A stretch of DNA of 64,000 bases from Octopus sinensis (Eukaryota), in the NCBI RefSeq assembly GCF_006345805.1, contig NC_043025.1:9052001-9116000 (forward strand), in the 5' to 3' direction. The notes beneath the pieces are model-generated. The model was not told the origin of the DNA. It saw only the letters and a list, made by a program, of their open reading frames with translations, and did no database searches. Below, piece by piece: positions 1 through 13,207 of the stretch (position 1 is the stretch's first letter; each line of letters begins with the position of its first letter). The translations under genes and the position numbers were made by a program.

Positions 1-412
1 GTTTGTAAGTTGGATCAGTTTTTTTGATATTATTTTATTCACAAAATTGTTCTATAAATTTAATGTCTATCATTCTTTCTCTCGCTCTATCTCTATCTTA
101 TGTTCTGCTACTGTATTCCTGTTTGAATGCGTATGAAGGTGTCTACGATTGTTTCTCCCTATCCCTCTCTTTCTGCTCCACTCTTCGACTTACTTTCGTT
201 TTCTCATTCCTTTTTCTTTCTCTTGGTCTCTCTTTCCATTCAACTAATCACGTGAAAGCATTACAGTCACGTTCCTTCTACCTTAGAGAAAGCGTTACCG
301 ACGGACTAATTAACATAATGACAAGCAGAATTATTATAAGATCAGAAATATTATATTTAGGTTTTCTTCATGACAGACTTCTTCGTTTCCTCCTTATTTT
401 TTACATCATTGC

Positions 413-450
<38 letters not shown>

Positions 451-500
451 TTCATCATCATCATCATCATCATCATCATCTTCTTCTTCTCCTTCTTCTT

Positions 501-559
<59 letters not shown>

Positions 560-847
560 TCATCGTTGTTTCCTTTTTCGGCCTATTCTTCATCAACTTT
601 CTCTTATGTTAGTCATCTTCTTCATAAGATCACGATATGACATCCAATGTCATTTCCACAAACTAAACGTCTCTCTTATCTTGTTTATTTACCCTCATTC
701 TTCTACAATTCATATTGTCTTGCAATTTGTGTGTGCCTGTGTGCAAGAAAGTGGGAATATATGTGTGGGCTGGAAGTGAGAGTGTGCGTTCATACATCAG
801 GGTTTGATAACGTATATATAGGTGTATGTGTTTATGTGCATTTATAC

Positions 848-907
<60 letters not shown>

Positions 908-910
<3 letters not shown>

Positions 911-3221
911 CAAAATAAGCAACAAGAATGACTCCGGTAATTTGGTACGATCGTTTCGCACTACATCATTTTATTAAATGTTGTAAGTATTACAACAGTA
1001 TTAAAATGTTGAGCACTCATCAGCCATTATTAGAGGTTTTCCATTAATACATAATTTTCATATCAAGTCGCAACATTATAGAGAAGGTAGATGTATAGAG
1101 AAAGATGTGGATTTAAATTTTAAGAACATTTGAGGTAGTCAACTGACTGACTAAGATTCAGTTGTTCCAGACTACTGTAAGGTTCTGAGAGGGAGAATGA
1201 ATGAATGAAAGGCGACAATAAAGATTTTCTATTTATAGAAATGGGGTGAGATGGATGTCAGAGCTCCATATAAAGGAATTTATGTAGAAGACAGGAGTGT
1301 CACAACTAAATGCCAATTACTACTATTTGATGAACAGATCCAGCGTTAGGAGAACTAGGTCAATGACAAATGGTCACAATAACATTCACAGAGAATGCAG
1401 AGACCTTATAAAAGCCATGCACATCATCACAACAATCAGCCTATAGGGTCCGAGTACTTTGACACGTTAGAATAAAGGGAAAATATATATATAAAATTTA
1501 TTCAATTCATAGAAAAGACTATCACTTATTATGAGTAGGCATAGTACTTATTAACTGGGGGAAAATCCTTATTAATCAAATGAATATATTAGGGGTCAAA
1601 ATATATACTAGGAAAGATGGAAGAGGTCACAATAACATTCACAGTTGGTCTATAAGTTCCGAGTACTTTGACACTTTAAAATAAAGGAAAAAACATAACT
1701 CTAAAATTTATTCAATTTGGAGAAAAAGTCTATCACTTATTATGAGTAGGCATAGTACTTATTAACTGGGGGGAAAAGTCATATTAATCAAGTGAACATA
1801 TTAGGGGTCAAAATATATCCTAAGAAAGATGGATAAGGAAAAATCAAAGAAGCAAGAAATTCGTAGGTTTAGTAGTAGGTGGTTTAATAATATGAAGAGA
1901 GGTAATTTAGAAGAGTAAATTATTCAGATTTCATAGATAGTGAGTTGATATTAATGAATTAAAATATAGGATCTGTTGGAAATAATATTTACTACCTGCG
2001 GATAAAGGTAATTAGTTAGGTAATAATATCTTAGGTTAATTATATGTTAAGAAATTGAAGTGAGATAATCAAGATGAACCAAATAGTTTCCCTAGGGACA
2101 TAGTATTAATACTTTTTAGTATTGGAGAACACTATAAATATAAGAATTTAATTCTAAGTTTGCAATGAAGTTCTTTAGTCATATATGAGTGTTAAACTAA
2201 AACCAGTATGGTATATTCGTTCATATTAGGTTAAATATATTTCGTAAAGATATCTTAGACTAATTATATATTAAGAAATGGAAGTGAGATAATCAAGGGG
2301 AACCGAATAGTTTTCTTGGGGACATAGGATTCATATTATTTAGTATTCATACTATTTGGAATTCATACTATTTAGGATTCCAACTATTTAGATTCATACA
2401 GTTTAATTTTAGAAAAAAGAAGAATTCAATTTTAAGTTTGCAGTGAAGTTTTCTTAGTCATCTATGAATGTTAATTTGAAAGCCAGTATGGTATATTCGT
2501 TTTTATTTGGTTAAAAATAAGTAAAATTTGAAAAATTTAGGAATATTCAGAATTTTATTCTTTAAAGTATTTAATCGTACGGGTCGGGTCGTACGATGTA
2601 TACAAGATAATCCTTGTTCCAAACGGTAATTCAACAGATTTGTATTACTCTGATGTTTCAAAATTCATAAGTTTCCATAGAACAAAGTTGACAACCATCC
2701 CTACTATTTCAATAAGGTTGTTCTCTTCTTACTATATCCCATTTTAGATTGAATTCTATATTATTTGTTTATAGTTCCCAAATTTTACTAGACAATGTTG
2801 TGCGACCTGCTTTATGTTTGAGCCTAACGGAGGAAAAATTATTGTTTAGACGTTTTTTTAAAATCTAGCGAACAACCGAAATAAAGAAAACTGTTGTTAG
2901 AAGTTATTATCGTGCATTTATAAATCACGTTTTGGACCGAAAAACGGCCAGATACCGGACATTTTGATCTAATCCTATAATTACAACTGGGGGGGGGGTG
3001 GATAGCTTCCAGTACTAGTATTATTTAAGGACAGTTCACTTTCATTACTGTTATCTGAATTATGGTTAGTATTAGTATTATTTTCACTCTTAGTAATTAC
3101 GTTGTTATGTAAATTAGGGTTACTAGTTATTAATCCATCCTCATTATCATCACCTACCATACTTTTATCTATACTATCTATATTATTGGTATTGTTATTA
3201 TCACTATTTACATCAATGTTG

Positions 3222-3276
<55 letters not shown>

Positions 3277-3495
3277 TTTTACAATTATTATTATTATCAT
3301 TGTCGTTACTATTCATTCTATTCCTAGCTAACTTAATGTTTTTAAGCTATTATGGTAGCCATATTTGGGAGTGTAGAATATTCAGGGGTGATTGGATAAC
3401 TTATTTACATATCTGCTAACTTCACTCTCCTTTCTAAATGGGTAATGTAACTTTGAGTTTAAGTCTAAGGTAACGTCTTGGAAATTGTTGTTATT
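908..3495 (-). mobile_element. Penelope-like element copy A (internally deleted)
   Basis: Reverse complement of 8720-12040 with about 610 nt (8827-9440 equivalent) missing; flanked by (TA)n on both sides. Confidence 0.9.
938..1029 (-). ncRNA. Type I hammerhead ribozyme in PLE copy A terminus
   Basis: Minus strand: UGG-CUGAUGA-long stem II-GAAA-CGAUCG-UA-CCA. Confidence 0.75.
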
Positions 3496-3508
3496 TTATA
3501 TAAGTTTA

Positions 3509-3593
<85 letters not shown>

Positions 3594-4098
3594 TGCGTTT
3601 GTCTGATGTGTGACTATAGTACTTGTATTTATATTCTTTTATTCCCACTTCTTTCCCTATTCTGATATAACACGTTATTTTTCTTGTCCTAATATATCTT
3701 GTTTTCCTGCATTTATCGTCTTCATCATAAATTTTCTCTACATTTATCTTATTCATAATTTTCTGGTTCTTCTGCTTTTAATTTTTTCAACTGCTTTCTC
3801 CTCTCTTCATGAATCATTTTCGCTTCTTCTTCTTCTTCGTCTTCTTCTTCTTCTTTCTTCTTTCTTCTCTTCTTCTTTCTTCTTTTTCTTCTCTTCTTTT
3901 CTTCTTCTTCTTTTCTTCTTTCTTCTTCTTCTTCTTCTTCTTCTTCTCTTCTTCTTTTCTTCTTCTTCTTCTTCTTCTTCTTCTTCTTCACTATATTTAT
4001 CCGTTCTATGATTTATTTTCCCTCACCTTCTTCGTTATTCTTATCAATTTCTAATTTTTCATCACATCTTTCATCATCATCATTGTCACGATCGTTAC

Positions 4099-4170
<72 letters not shown>

Positions 4171-4615
4171 TATCATCAGTATCATCTTCAGCGCTATCAT
4201 ATTTATAGTCTCTCTGCTAATCATATTTTCGTATTCACTAATCGTTATAATTTATCCTGTCATCATGACTATTTCCTTCCACCATTTACTCTGCTATTTC
4301 TAGCATGCAGAATCATCATCACCTTCGTTATGAACATCATAATAATCAACGTCGTCATCACCAATTAATCGGTAGCGTTTCTCATCGTTTTCGATAATAA
4401 TCATCATCATTATCCCCCTTTTCCTTCTCACCGTCATTATTACAACATTTACAATCAACATCGCAATACTCCTCATCATCATCATGAACATCATCTCGGC
4501 CATTTTCTCATTCACCGTCCTCTTTTTATTAATATCATTCTAAAGTTACAAGATTTAATATTGTATAAGAAATCTTTTTAATACTCTTTCTTTTGGACTG
4601 TGTTTTATGTTTCAG

Positions 4616-4687
4616 AGATCTCAGTAGGAGTAAGATCAGAATCATCCAAAAAGGATCCTTTCAAAACCTTCCAAGTTTAGAGGAAAT
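4616..4687 (+). CDS. aGPCR LRR exon
   Basis: ttcag|...|gtaagt, 72 nt, phase 2/2; DLSRSKIRIIQKGSFQNLPSLEEI, a typical 24-aa LRR exon. Confidence 0.9.
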
Positions 4688-5108
4688 GTAAGTTAATTAA
4701 GTTTTTTGATATTTTATTTATGAAATTTTTCTCGGAACTTGATGACTTATAATCTTCCCTTTTCTCTCTGTATCTCTAACTAATTTTCTGCTACTATTTT
4801 CATGTTAGAGTGTGTATGAAGGTGTCTATGAGCGTTTGTGTCTGTATGTGTCTGCATTAATGTCTAACATTTTGTGTATCAGTGTACGATTGTACGTGAA
4901 TATGTATGTTTGTATTTGTGTCTGTAGGTGGGCATATTATGAAATATATCTTTATACAGTATATATCTATACTTTCTTCAAGAAAAGAAAGTATAGAAAT
5001 ATATTCATCCTCACTCTTTTGAGATACTGATTCAATAATATGAATTATTTTAAACACTACAATTACATGACGTGCTGAAGCTGGTAGTATCATTTTATAT
5101 TTGTACAG

Positions 5109-5187
5109 TGTGCTACAGCTGGGGCAATTTGATCAAACTGTCTAGTGTGATGGCTGCATATGCCGTTTCAATTTCTTTAGGAAGGAT
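5109..5187 (+). pseudogene. Decayed duplicate of the 12434 LRR-like exon
   Basis: Aligns by eye with 12434-12511 (tttgtacag acceptor shared). It has a 1-nt insertion giving TAG, and the donor GT is replaced by TT. Confidence 0.5.
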
Positions 5188-5434
5188 TTTAATGTAGCTA
5201 GTCGTTCACAACATAAAACAACGTTTGGTGTGTCCCTCGTACGTTTGTGTCTGTGTGTATGCCTGATAATTTTACTTTTTTTGCTACTTATATTACTTTT
5301 TATTCATCACCGACTTCTTCGTTGTTATTGTTGTTGTTGTTGTGTTTGTTCTTCTTCTCTTCTTCTTCTTCTTCTCCTTCTTCTTCTTCTTTCTTCTTCT
5401 TCTTCTTCTTCTTCTTCACCTTCTTCGTACTAAA

Positions 5435-5494
<60 letters not shown>

Positions 5495-5924
5495 ACTAAC
5501 GAAATACATTATAATCGAACCAAGTGAAACCGAGTTTAGTGAGCAGAGAACTTTTTGAAATGTCAACTGATGAGAATCATCTGCAAAGAAAGATGCACCT
5601 CGGCCAATCGACCATTATCTCATCCGTGAGGGGCCGATTGAAGACGGGTTGAAACGGCAGTAATGATTAACGAATCTCGTAAAATCCATTTTCCATTTCT
5701 GTCATATGTGTGTGTGTGTGTATTGTGTGTGTGTACGTATGTGTGAGTGTGTGTGTGTGTGTGCGTGTGTGTGTGTGTGCATACGCTTTGGCGTTGGCAT
5801 GGCTGTGTGATAAGAATTTTGCTTCTGTATTCAGTCCTTCTGCGTGTACTCTGCTCTCCAGCCGAACAAACCCGTGTATCTTAATTAATTGGGTTCACGG
5901 TAACTGAAGGAAACCCGTCGTATA

Positions 5925-6648
5925 TATAAATTTTCTGAACTAGTGATGTTTAATAAAAGTAACTTATGTTACCTGAGCAATAATAAAACTTCCTCAGCTT
6001 TTCTGACACTTTTGTAATCTCAACAATGGTATTAAATTCGCCCTGAGCTGATTTTTCATCTTGAAGAACAGATACAAGTCAGCAGGTGGTAAATCTGGAT
6101 AATAGAGCAGGTGCAGAGTCGATTGCATGTTGTTTTTGGCAAGAAACTCATGAGTGAGGTGATAGGTGCATTGTTGTCGTGAATAATTCAATACTTTGCG
6201 AATCACAGATACGGGCATTTTTCCCGAACGTCCGCCCTGAAAAAGCTCCCAATGCACAATACCGAGGATGTCGGGAAAAAATGATGAACATGCTCTGGAT
6301 TAAGCTGTAATTTTTTCGTGCGCCCGTACACTCGAAACATTACGTACGACCCACTATCTCACCGCCATAAGTTTGCCGAAGCATGCTCAATCTCTCTGTA
6401 GCAGACTCCCCAATTTTAACGCAAAATTACACTTTCTTCATTTCTTCCAATTTCCTGTTCATGACAAAAATCGGAGATTACAGTATCACCGAAATGCAAA
6501 TTCCACATCTTGCGAAGTATATACAGCGATGTCACTCAGCAGGGTGCCGCATGAAGGTCACTGCTAGCTACCACCGCGCATACAATTGTATGCAGCCCTC
6601 TTGTGGCGCGTTATAGAACTCGTTCGTGAAATTTTGAAACGACCACGT
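5925..6648 (-). mobile_element. Degenerate mariner element
   Basis: HLLYYPDLPPADLYLFFKMK resembles mariner YSPDLAP; TA-cg terminus at 6648. Confidence 0.75.
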
Positions 6649-6663
6649 ACATGCATATACATG

Positions 6664-6715
<52 letters not shown>

Positions 6716-6791
6716 TATATTATATATGCATATATATATTATATATACATATATACATATATACATGCATATATATATGCATATACATATA

Positions 6792-6823
<32 letters not shown>

Positions 6824-6830
6824 ATATATA

Positions 6831-6902
<72 letters not shown>

Positions 6903-7525
6903 CGTCTTTCTTCCGAGGTCAAACTACTCGTTCTGCTGGACTAGCCACCTAACAGGATACAGTCATGGATCAGATCTAATTTCGATTCATCAAAAAAATG
7001 ATGACGTGTTTCTTCCGTGGCCGAACTGTCGTTCCGCTTGGCTGGTTTCCTAACAGGATACAGTTAGGAGTCTTTTCACTATATTCATTGAGACTGGGTT
7101 TTGATTGGTTTGGACCTATATGACGTCAGTGAACAGTGCAAGTGACCAGAGCTTAGCTGAGCTGATATAAATCCAACAATCACAAAATTTACCAAAATTA
7201 TGCGAGCAGACACCGACCAAAAAGCATTACTGTTGCTCCCATTGGAACACAAGGTAAAATCTAAAATGAACTCCTCGCCTTTTCAAGAACATGAATTTTT
7301 TATATTTGAGTCTATTGAATATTATATATGAATTTTTTTATATTTGACTCTATGGAATATATGTCACAATTATGAACTATTACATCATACTCTTTAAACA
7401 TATAGCATGGACTCTCTTTATTATATATAAAAAAAATTTTTTTGATAAGGTTCGTCACTTCAAGAACCGAAACATGTTAAATTTAAATTTGTCTAATATA
7501 GCAGCATTTTCAAACTTCATTTTTT

Positions 7526-7575
<50 letters not shown>

Positions 7576-8209
7576 ATAAATATTCATACATGCATACATC
7601 TATCTCATATACATACATCTGCTTGCAGTTGTGTATTTATATATATATGTAAATATATAACTATATCTATATTATCTCTCTCTCTCCCTCTCTCTTTCTA
7701 TTTATCTATCTATCTATCTATCTGTCATCTACGAGACGACAACGCTGCCATTTAACCAGAGGAACACATCAGTTGATTTATTCAGTTCGCTTCTCATACT
7801 CGATATTTAGTGCAATCGGGAGATAACACCTGCTTCCCTAGCTTCAAGACTCTACCCAACAGGTCTCGATCTGTATTTGATCTCCTTGGAGGTGGGTAGT
7901 CGTGGCCAGGCATGTCAAGTGTTTACTTCGATTGCCATATATAGAAAATAGTGTCCTTGGTTGTGTGACTAGGACACAAAAATGTTAGAAAATCTCTGTT
8001 CATGAAAGAAGCTGTAGAAGAAGCAAATAATATTGCCCATGTTCACTTTACACTGGCTAAAAATATGTGATATATATATTCATGCATGTATTAAGACATT
8101 ATACATATCAAATTACACATAAACACATACCTATAGTTATGTACATATATGTGTGTGTGCATGTGCGTGCGTGCGTTCGTAATGCTTTCTTCTGTATGTA
8201 TCAGTGTGT

Positions 8210-8268
<59 letters not shown>

Positions 8269-8560
8269 AGTGAGTCTAAGAAAAATCATATTTATTAACG
8301 GAAATGTATGCTATTAAAATCTATTATATTGCATACAGTTATTACATTACCGTGTCGCCTTAATGAAATACATTATACACAAGCATACACACACACTCAA
8401 ACTAAGCGATAAATTCATAGAGTGGAAAATTTTGCGTTGAGAATATGAAAGACATAGGCCGAGAGAGAGTGAGAGGTAGAGAGAGAGAGAGAAATCTTTT
8501 TTGTTTCTGTCACAGATTTTGAAATTTGGTATATTGATGAATTCCTTCACAATATATATA

Positions 8561-9580
8561 TATTTAAGGTATCCCAGAAGGTGGTTTATATAGAGACGAT
8601 GCTTTGTTTATTGTACCTAGCAACAGTAGATCAAGTATTGAGAGTATAAAAAAGAAAATTAGTCAATTTTTCAAAGATTTCATCCTAGGCATTACGTATG
8701 AACCTAACACCAAGATAGTGAATTTCCTAGACTTTACGTTAGACTTAAATTCAAAGTTACATTACCCATTTAGAAATGAGGGTGAAGTTACCAATTACGT
8801 AAATAAATCATCCAATCAACACCCGAATATACTAAAATCAATAGCTAAAAATATTTCTCAGAGAATTTCAAAATTATCATCAAATAGTGAAATCTTTGAC
8901 TCTCACTCTAATCATTATAATGTTGCATTATCTAAGGCTGTATATGACCAGGAAATCACCTTCCTAGATCTTGATAACATAAATCTCCTAAACAATGAAG
9001 TGACTGTAAGTGGCTCAAGTAATATAGAATTTCATACCCTAAATAAACTTAAGTCAATAGAAGAAAAGAACCTAGTGTATAAACCTAATTATAAGAATAG
9101 AAATAGTAAATAGATCATAAATAAATATGAAAATGCTAACCTAGTTAAAATAAACGTGAATAACTACACAAAAATTTCTGCCACAAAGTAAAAACCCAAT
9201 AGGCATAAAAATAAGCCTAAAACGAATAATGATTCTCGTATGAATACTGATAGCACTAATCTTTCCCACTCTTACTCAAACAAAAAATATAAAAGAAAAA
9301 ATGTCATTTGGTTAAATATCCCCTTCAACTAGGCGATCTCGACGAATATGTACAGTAGATTTATGTCTATACTGGAAAAAAACTTCTCAGCCTCGCATAA
9401 CTATTATATAATAATTTCTAAGAAATCAGTGAGAATATCATATTCTACTCTCCCAAATATGGCTACCATAATAGCTAGACTTGACAGTAAAAACATTAAG
9501 TTAGCTAGGAATAGAATGAATAGTAACAACAATGATAGTAATAATAATTATAAAAATAGCAATAATAATAATAATAATAA

Positions 9581-9611
<31 letters not shown>

Positions 9612-9630
9612 AACATTGATGTAAATAGTG

Positions 9631-9667
<37 letters not shown>

Positions 9668-12040
9668 CAACATTGATGTAAATAGTGATAATAACAATAC
9701 CAATAATATAGATAGTATAGATAAAAGTATGGTAGGTGATGATAATGAGGATGGATTAATAACTAGTAACCCTAATTTACATAACAACGTAATTACTAAG
9801 AGTGAAAATAATACTAATACTAACCATAATTCAGATAACAGTAATGAAAGTGAACTGTCCTTAAATAATACTAGTACTGGAAGCTATCCCCCCCCCCCCA
9901 GTTGTAATTATAGGATTAGATCAAAATGTCCGGTATCTGGCCGTTTTTCGGTCCAAAACGTGATTTATAAATGCACGATAATAACTTCTAACAACAGTTT
10001 TCTTTATTTCGGTTGTTCGCTAGATTTTAAAAAAACGTCTAAACAATAATTTTTCCTCCGTTAGGCTCAAACATAAAGCAGGTCGCACAACATTGTCTAG
10101 TAAAATTTGGGAACTATAAACAAATAATATAGAATTCAATCTAAAATGGGATATAGTAAGAAGAGAACAACCTTATTGAAATAGTAGGGATGGTTGTCAA
10201 CTTTGTTCTATGGAAACTTATGAAATTTTGAAACATCAGAGTAATACAAATCTGTTGAATTACGTTTGGAACAAGGATTATCTTGTATACATCGTACGAC
10301 CCGACCCGTACGATTAAATACTTTAAAGAATAAAATTCTGAATATTCCTAAATTTTTCAAATTTTAATTATTTTTAACCAAATAAAAACGAATATACCAT
10401 ACTGGCTTTCAAATTAACATTCATAGATGACTAAGAAAACTTCACTGCAAACTTAAAATTGAATTCTTCTTTTTTCTAAAATTAAACTGTATGAATCTAA
10501 ATAGTTGGAATCCTAAATAGTATGAATTCCAAATAGTATGAATTCCAAATAGTATGAATACTAAATAATATGAATCCTATGTCCCCAAGAAAACTATTCG
10601 GTTCCCCTTGATTATCTCACTTCCATTTCTTAATATATAATTAGTCTAAGATATCTTTACGAAATATATTTAACCTAATATGAACGAATATACCATACTG
10701 GTTTTAGTTTAACACTCATATATGACTAAAGAACTTCATTGCAAACTTAGAATTAAATTCTTATATTTATAGTGTTCTCCAATACTAAAAAGTATTAATA
10801 CTATGTCCCTAGGGAAACTATTTGGTTCATCTTGATTATCTCACTTCAATTTCTTAACATATAATTAACCTAAGATATTATTACCTAACTAATTGACCTT
10901 TATCCGCAGGTAGTAAATATTATTTCCAACAGATCCTATATTTTAATTCATTAATATCAACTCACTATCTATGAAATCTGAATAATTTACTCTTCTAAAT
11001 TACCTCTCTTCATATTATTAAACCACCTTCTACTAAACCTACGAATTTCTTGCTTCTTTGATTTTCCTTATCCATCTTTCTTAGTATATATTTTGACCCC
11101 TAATATGTTCACTTGATTAATATGGCTTTTCCCCCAGTTAATAAGTACTATGCCTACTCATAATAAGTGATAGACTTTTTCTCCAAATTGAATAAATTTT
11201 AGAGTTATGTTTTTTCCTTTATTTTAAAGTGTCAAAGTACTCGGAACATATAGACCAACTGTTGTGATGATGTGAATAGGGTTCGTAAGGTCTCTGCATT
11301 CACTGGGAATGTTATTGTGACCTCTTCCATCTTTCCTAGTATATATTTTGACCCCTAATATATTCATTTGATTAATAAGGATTTTCCCCAGTTAATAAGT
11401 ACTATACCTACTCATAATAAGTCTTTTCTATGAATTGAATAAATTTTATATATATATTTTTCCCTTTATTCTAACGTGTCAAAGTACTCGGACCCTATAG
11501 GCTGATTGTTGTGATGATGTGCATGGCTTTTATAAGGTCTCTGCATTCTCTGTGAATGTTATTCTGACCACTTGATATGGACCTAGTTCTCCTAATTCTA
11601 AGACTGTTCATCAAATAGTAGTAATTGGCATTGTGGTGTGACAATCCTGTTCTCCACATAAATTCCTTTATATGGAACTCTAACATCCCTCTCACCCCAT
11701 TTCTATAAATAGAAAATTCTTTATTGTCTTCTTTCATTTGTTCTTTCCTCTCAGAACCTTACAGTAGTCCGGAACAACTGAATTTTAGTCAGTCATTTGA
11801 TGGGCTCCACTACCTCAAATGTTCTTAAAATTTAAATCCACATCTTTGTCTATATATCCACCTTCTCTATAATGTTACCACTTGATATGTAAATTATGTA
11901 TTAATGGAAAACCTCTATTAATGGCTGATGAGTGCTCAGCATTTTAAAACTGTTGTAATACTTACAACATTTAATAAAATGATGTAGTGCGAAACGATCG
12001 TACCAAGTTACCGGAGTTATTCTTGTTGCTTATTTTGATT
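8561..12040 (+). mobile_element. Penelope-like retroelement (Neptune-like), 5'-truncated, copy B
   Basis: GLYRDDA RT motif, VNFLDFTLDL thumb, SYSTLPNM, Cys-rich linker then VIYKC..YFG GIY-YIG nuclease; stops and frameshifts; TA-repeat flanks. Confidence 0.92.
11919..12010 (+). ncRNA. Type I hammerhead ribozyme in PLE copy B terminus
   Basis: CTGATGA 11925-11931; stem II includes catttta/taaaatg and tgttgtaa/ttacaaca; GAAA 11991-11994; palindromic stem III acgatcgt; GUA site; stem I tgg/cca. Confidence 0.78.
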
Positions 12041-12433
12041 ATATATATATGTATACAAGTATACGTACGTATGTATGTATATATATATATATATACACGT
12101 AAACGTACGTATTTATATATATTTTAAAGATTTACAAAAAGGAAAATGTCAGTCATTTTACAACAACTGTCAAGAACTCAGATGTCAGTTAAATACATTT
12201 GAAATCTGATGATTACTACGAACGTATGAAAGCGCTAATTTAACTTTATGAATATTACAAAATATTTTCGAATGTTTAACACATTTCAATATTGGAAAAC
12301 ATTTTTTTTTAAATAGCGTGATAGGAAACGTGAAAACCAGACCGTGTTTTAACTTTATTCCTCAGACTTTCTCGGATTTTGATTATATTCTTTGAGGAAC
12401 TGAAAGGGTAGGTGCTAGATTCCATTTGTACAG

Positions 12434-12511
12434 TGAATTACAGCTAGGCCAATTTGTCGAGCTGTCTAATGTGATCGCTGCACATGCCTTTTCAGTTTCT
12501 TCGAGAAAGAT
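12434..12511 (+). CDS. Candidate divergent LRR exon
   Basis: tttgtacag|...|gttagt, 78 nt, phase 2/2, open; ELQLGQFVELSNVIAAHAFSVSSRKI has ELQ and IxxxAF elements but an imperfect LRR consensus and a weak pyrimidine tract. Confidence 0.5.
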
Positions 12512-12844
12512 GTTAGTGTAGCCAGTTGTCCACCATATAAGAGAGCGTTTAGGGCGATCTATGTACGTTTATGTCCATGTGTATGTATTATTTATATTTT
12601 TGTTTTTATTCTCCTTCATTTACTCATCCTCAATTTCCGTGTTATTGTTCTTCTTGTCCCTCCTGTTGTTTATCGTCTTGCTTCTCTAATTGTTTTCCCC
12701 ACCAACATCTTCGTTGTCGTTGTCATTGTTGCTATTGTTGTTCTTCTTCTTGTTTTCTTCTTGTTTTTCTTCTTCTTTTCTTCTACTTGTTTTCTTACTT
12801 ACATATATACTCGCACACACGCACACATATATATATATACATAC

Positions 12845-12896
<52 letters not shown>

Positions 12897-13207
12897 TGCT
12901 TCAGGTTGACAGACGATAGCCGCCCCATTAACACGCACACCACACCATATCACACAGCGTATGTGTGTGTCTGCGTATCTTTGAGTCTGTGCTCGTCTTC
13001 ATTAATTTTTCACAACTGATGATGGTTTGTTTACTTCTACATCAGTTAGCGGTTCGGCATAAACGACCGATTGAATAGGTTCTGGGCTTTCAAACAATAG
13101 CTAATGGGATCGATTCGTTTGAGTAAAATCCTTCAAGTTGATGCCTCCGCATCAACTCAATCGACTGAGTGAAACAAGTAATAGACAAGAAAAGACAGTT
13201 ATATACA

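Noticed and set aside
24-779. 251-aa ORF with poly-His/poly-Leu, and the many YI/HT/MYVC-repeat ORFs elsewhere
   Set aside because: Translations of microsatellites; no domain signal or splice support
6907-7075. Diverged tandem pair of about 100 nt (cctaacaggatacagt)
   Set aside because: Probably internal repeats of an unclassified transposon relic; no further structure seen
12366-12407. 42-nt AG/GT-bounded open segment
   Set aside because: No LRR pattern and would leave a 26-nt intron before 12434
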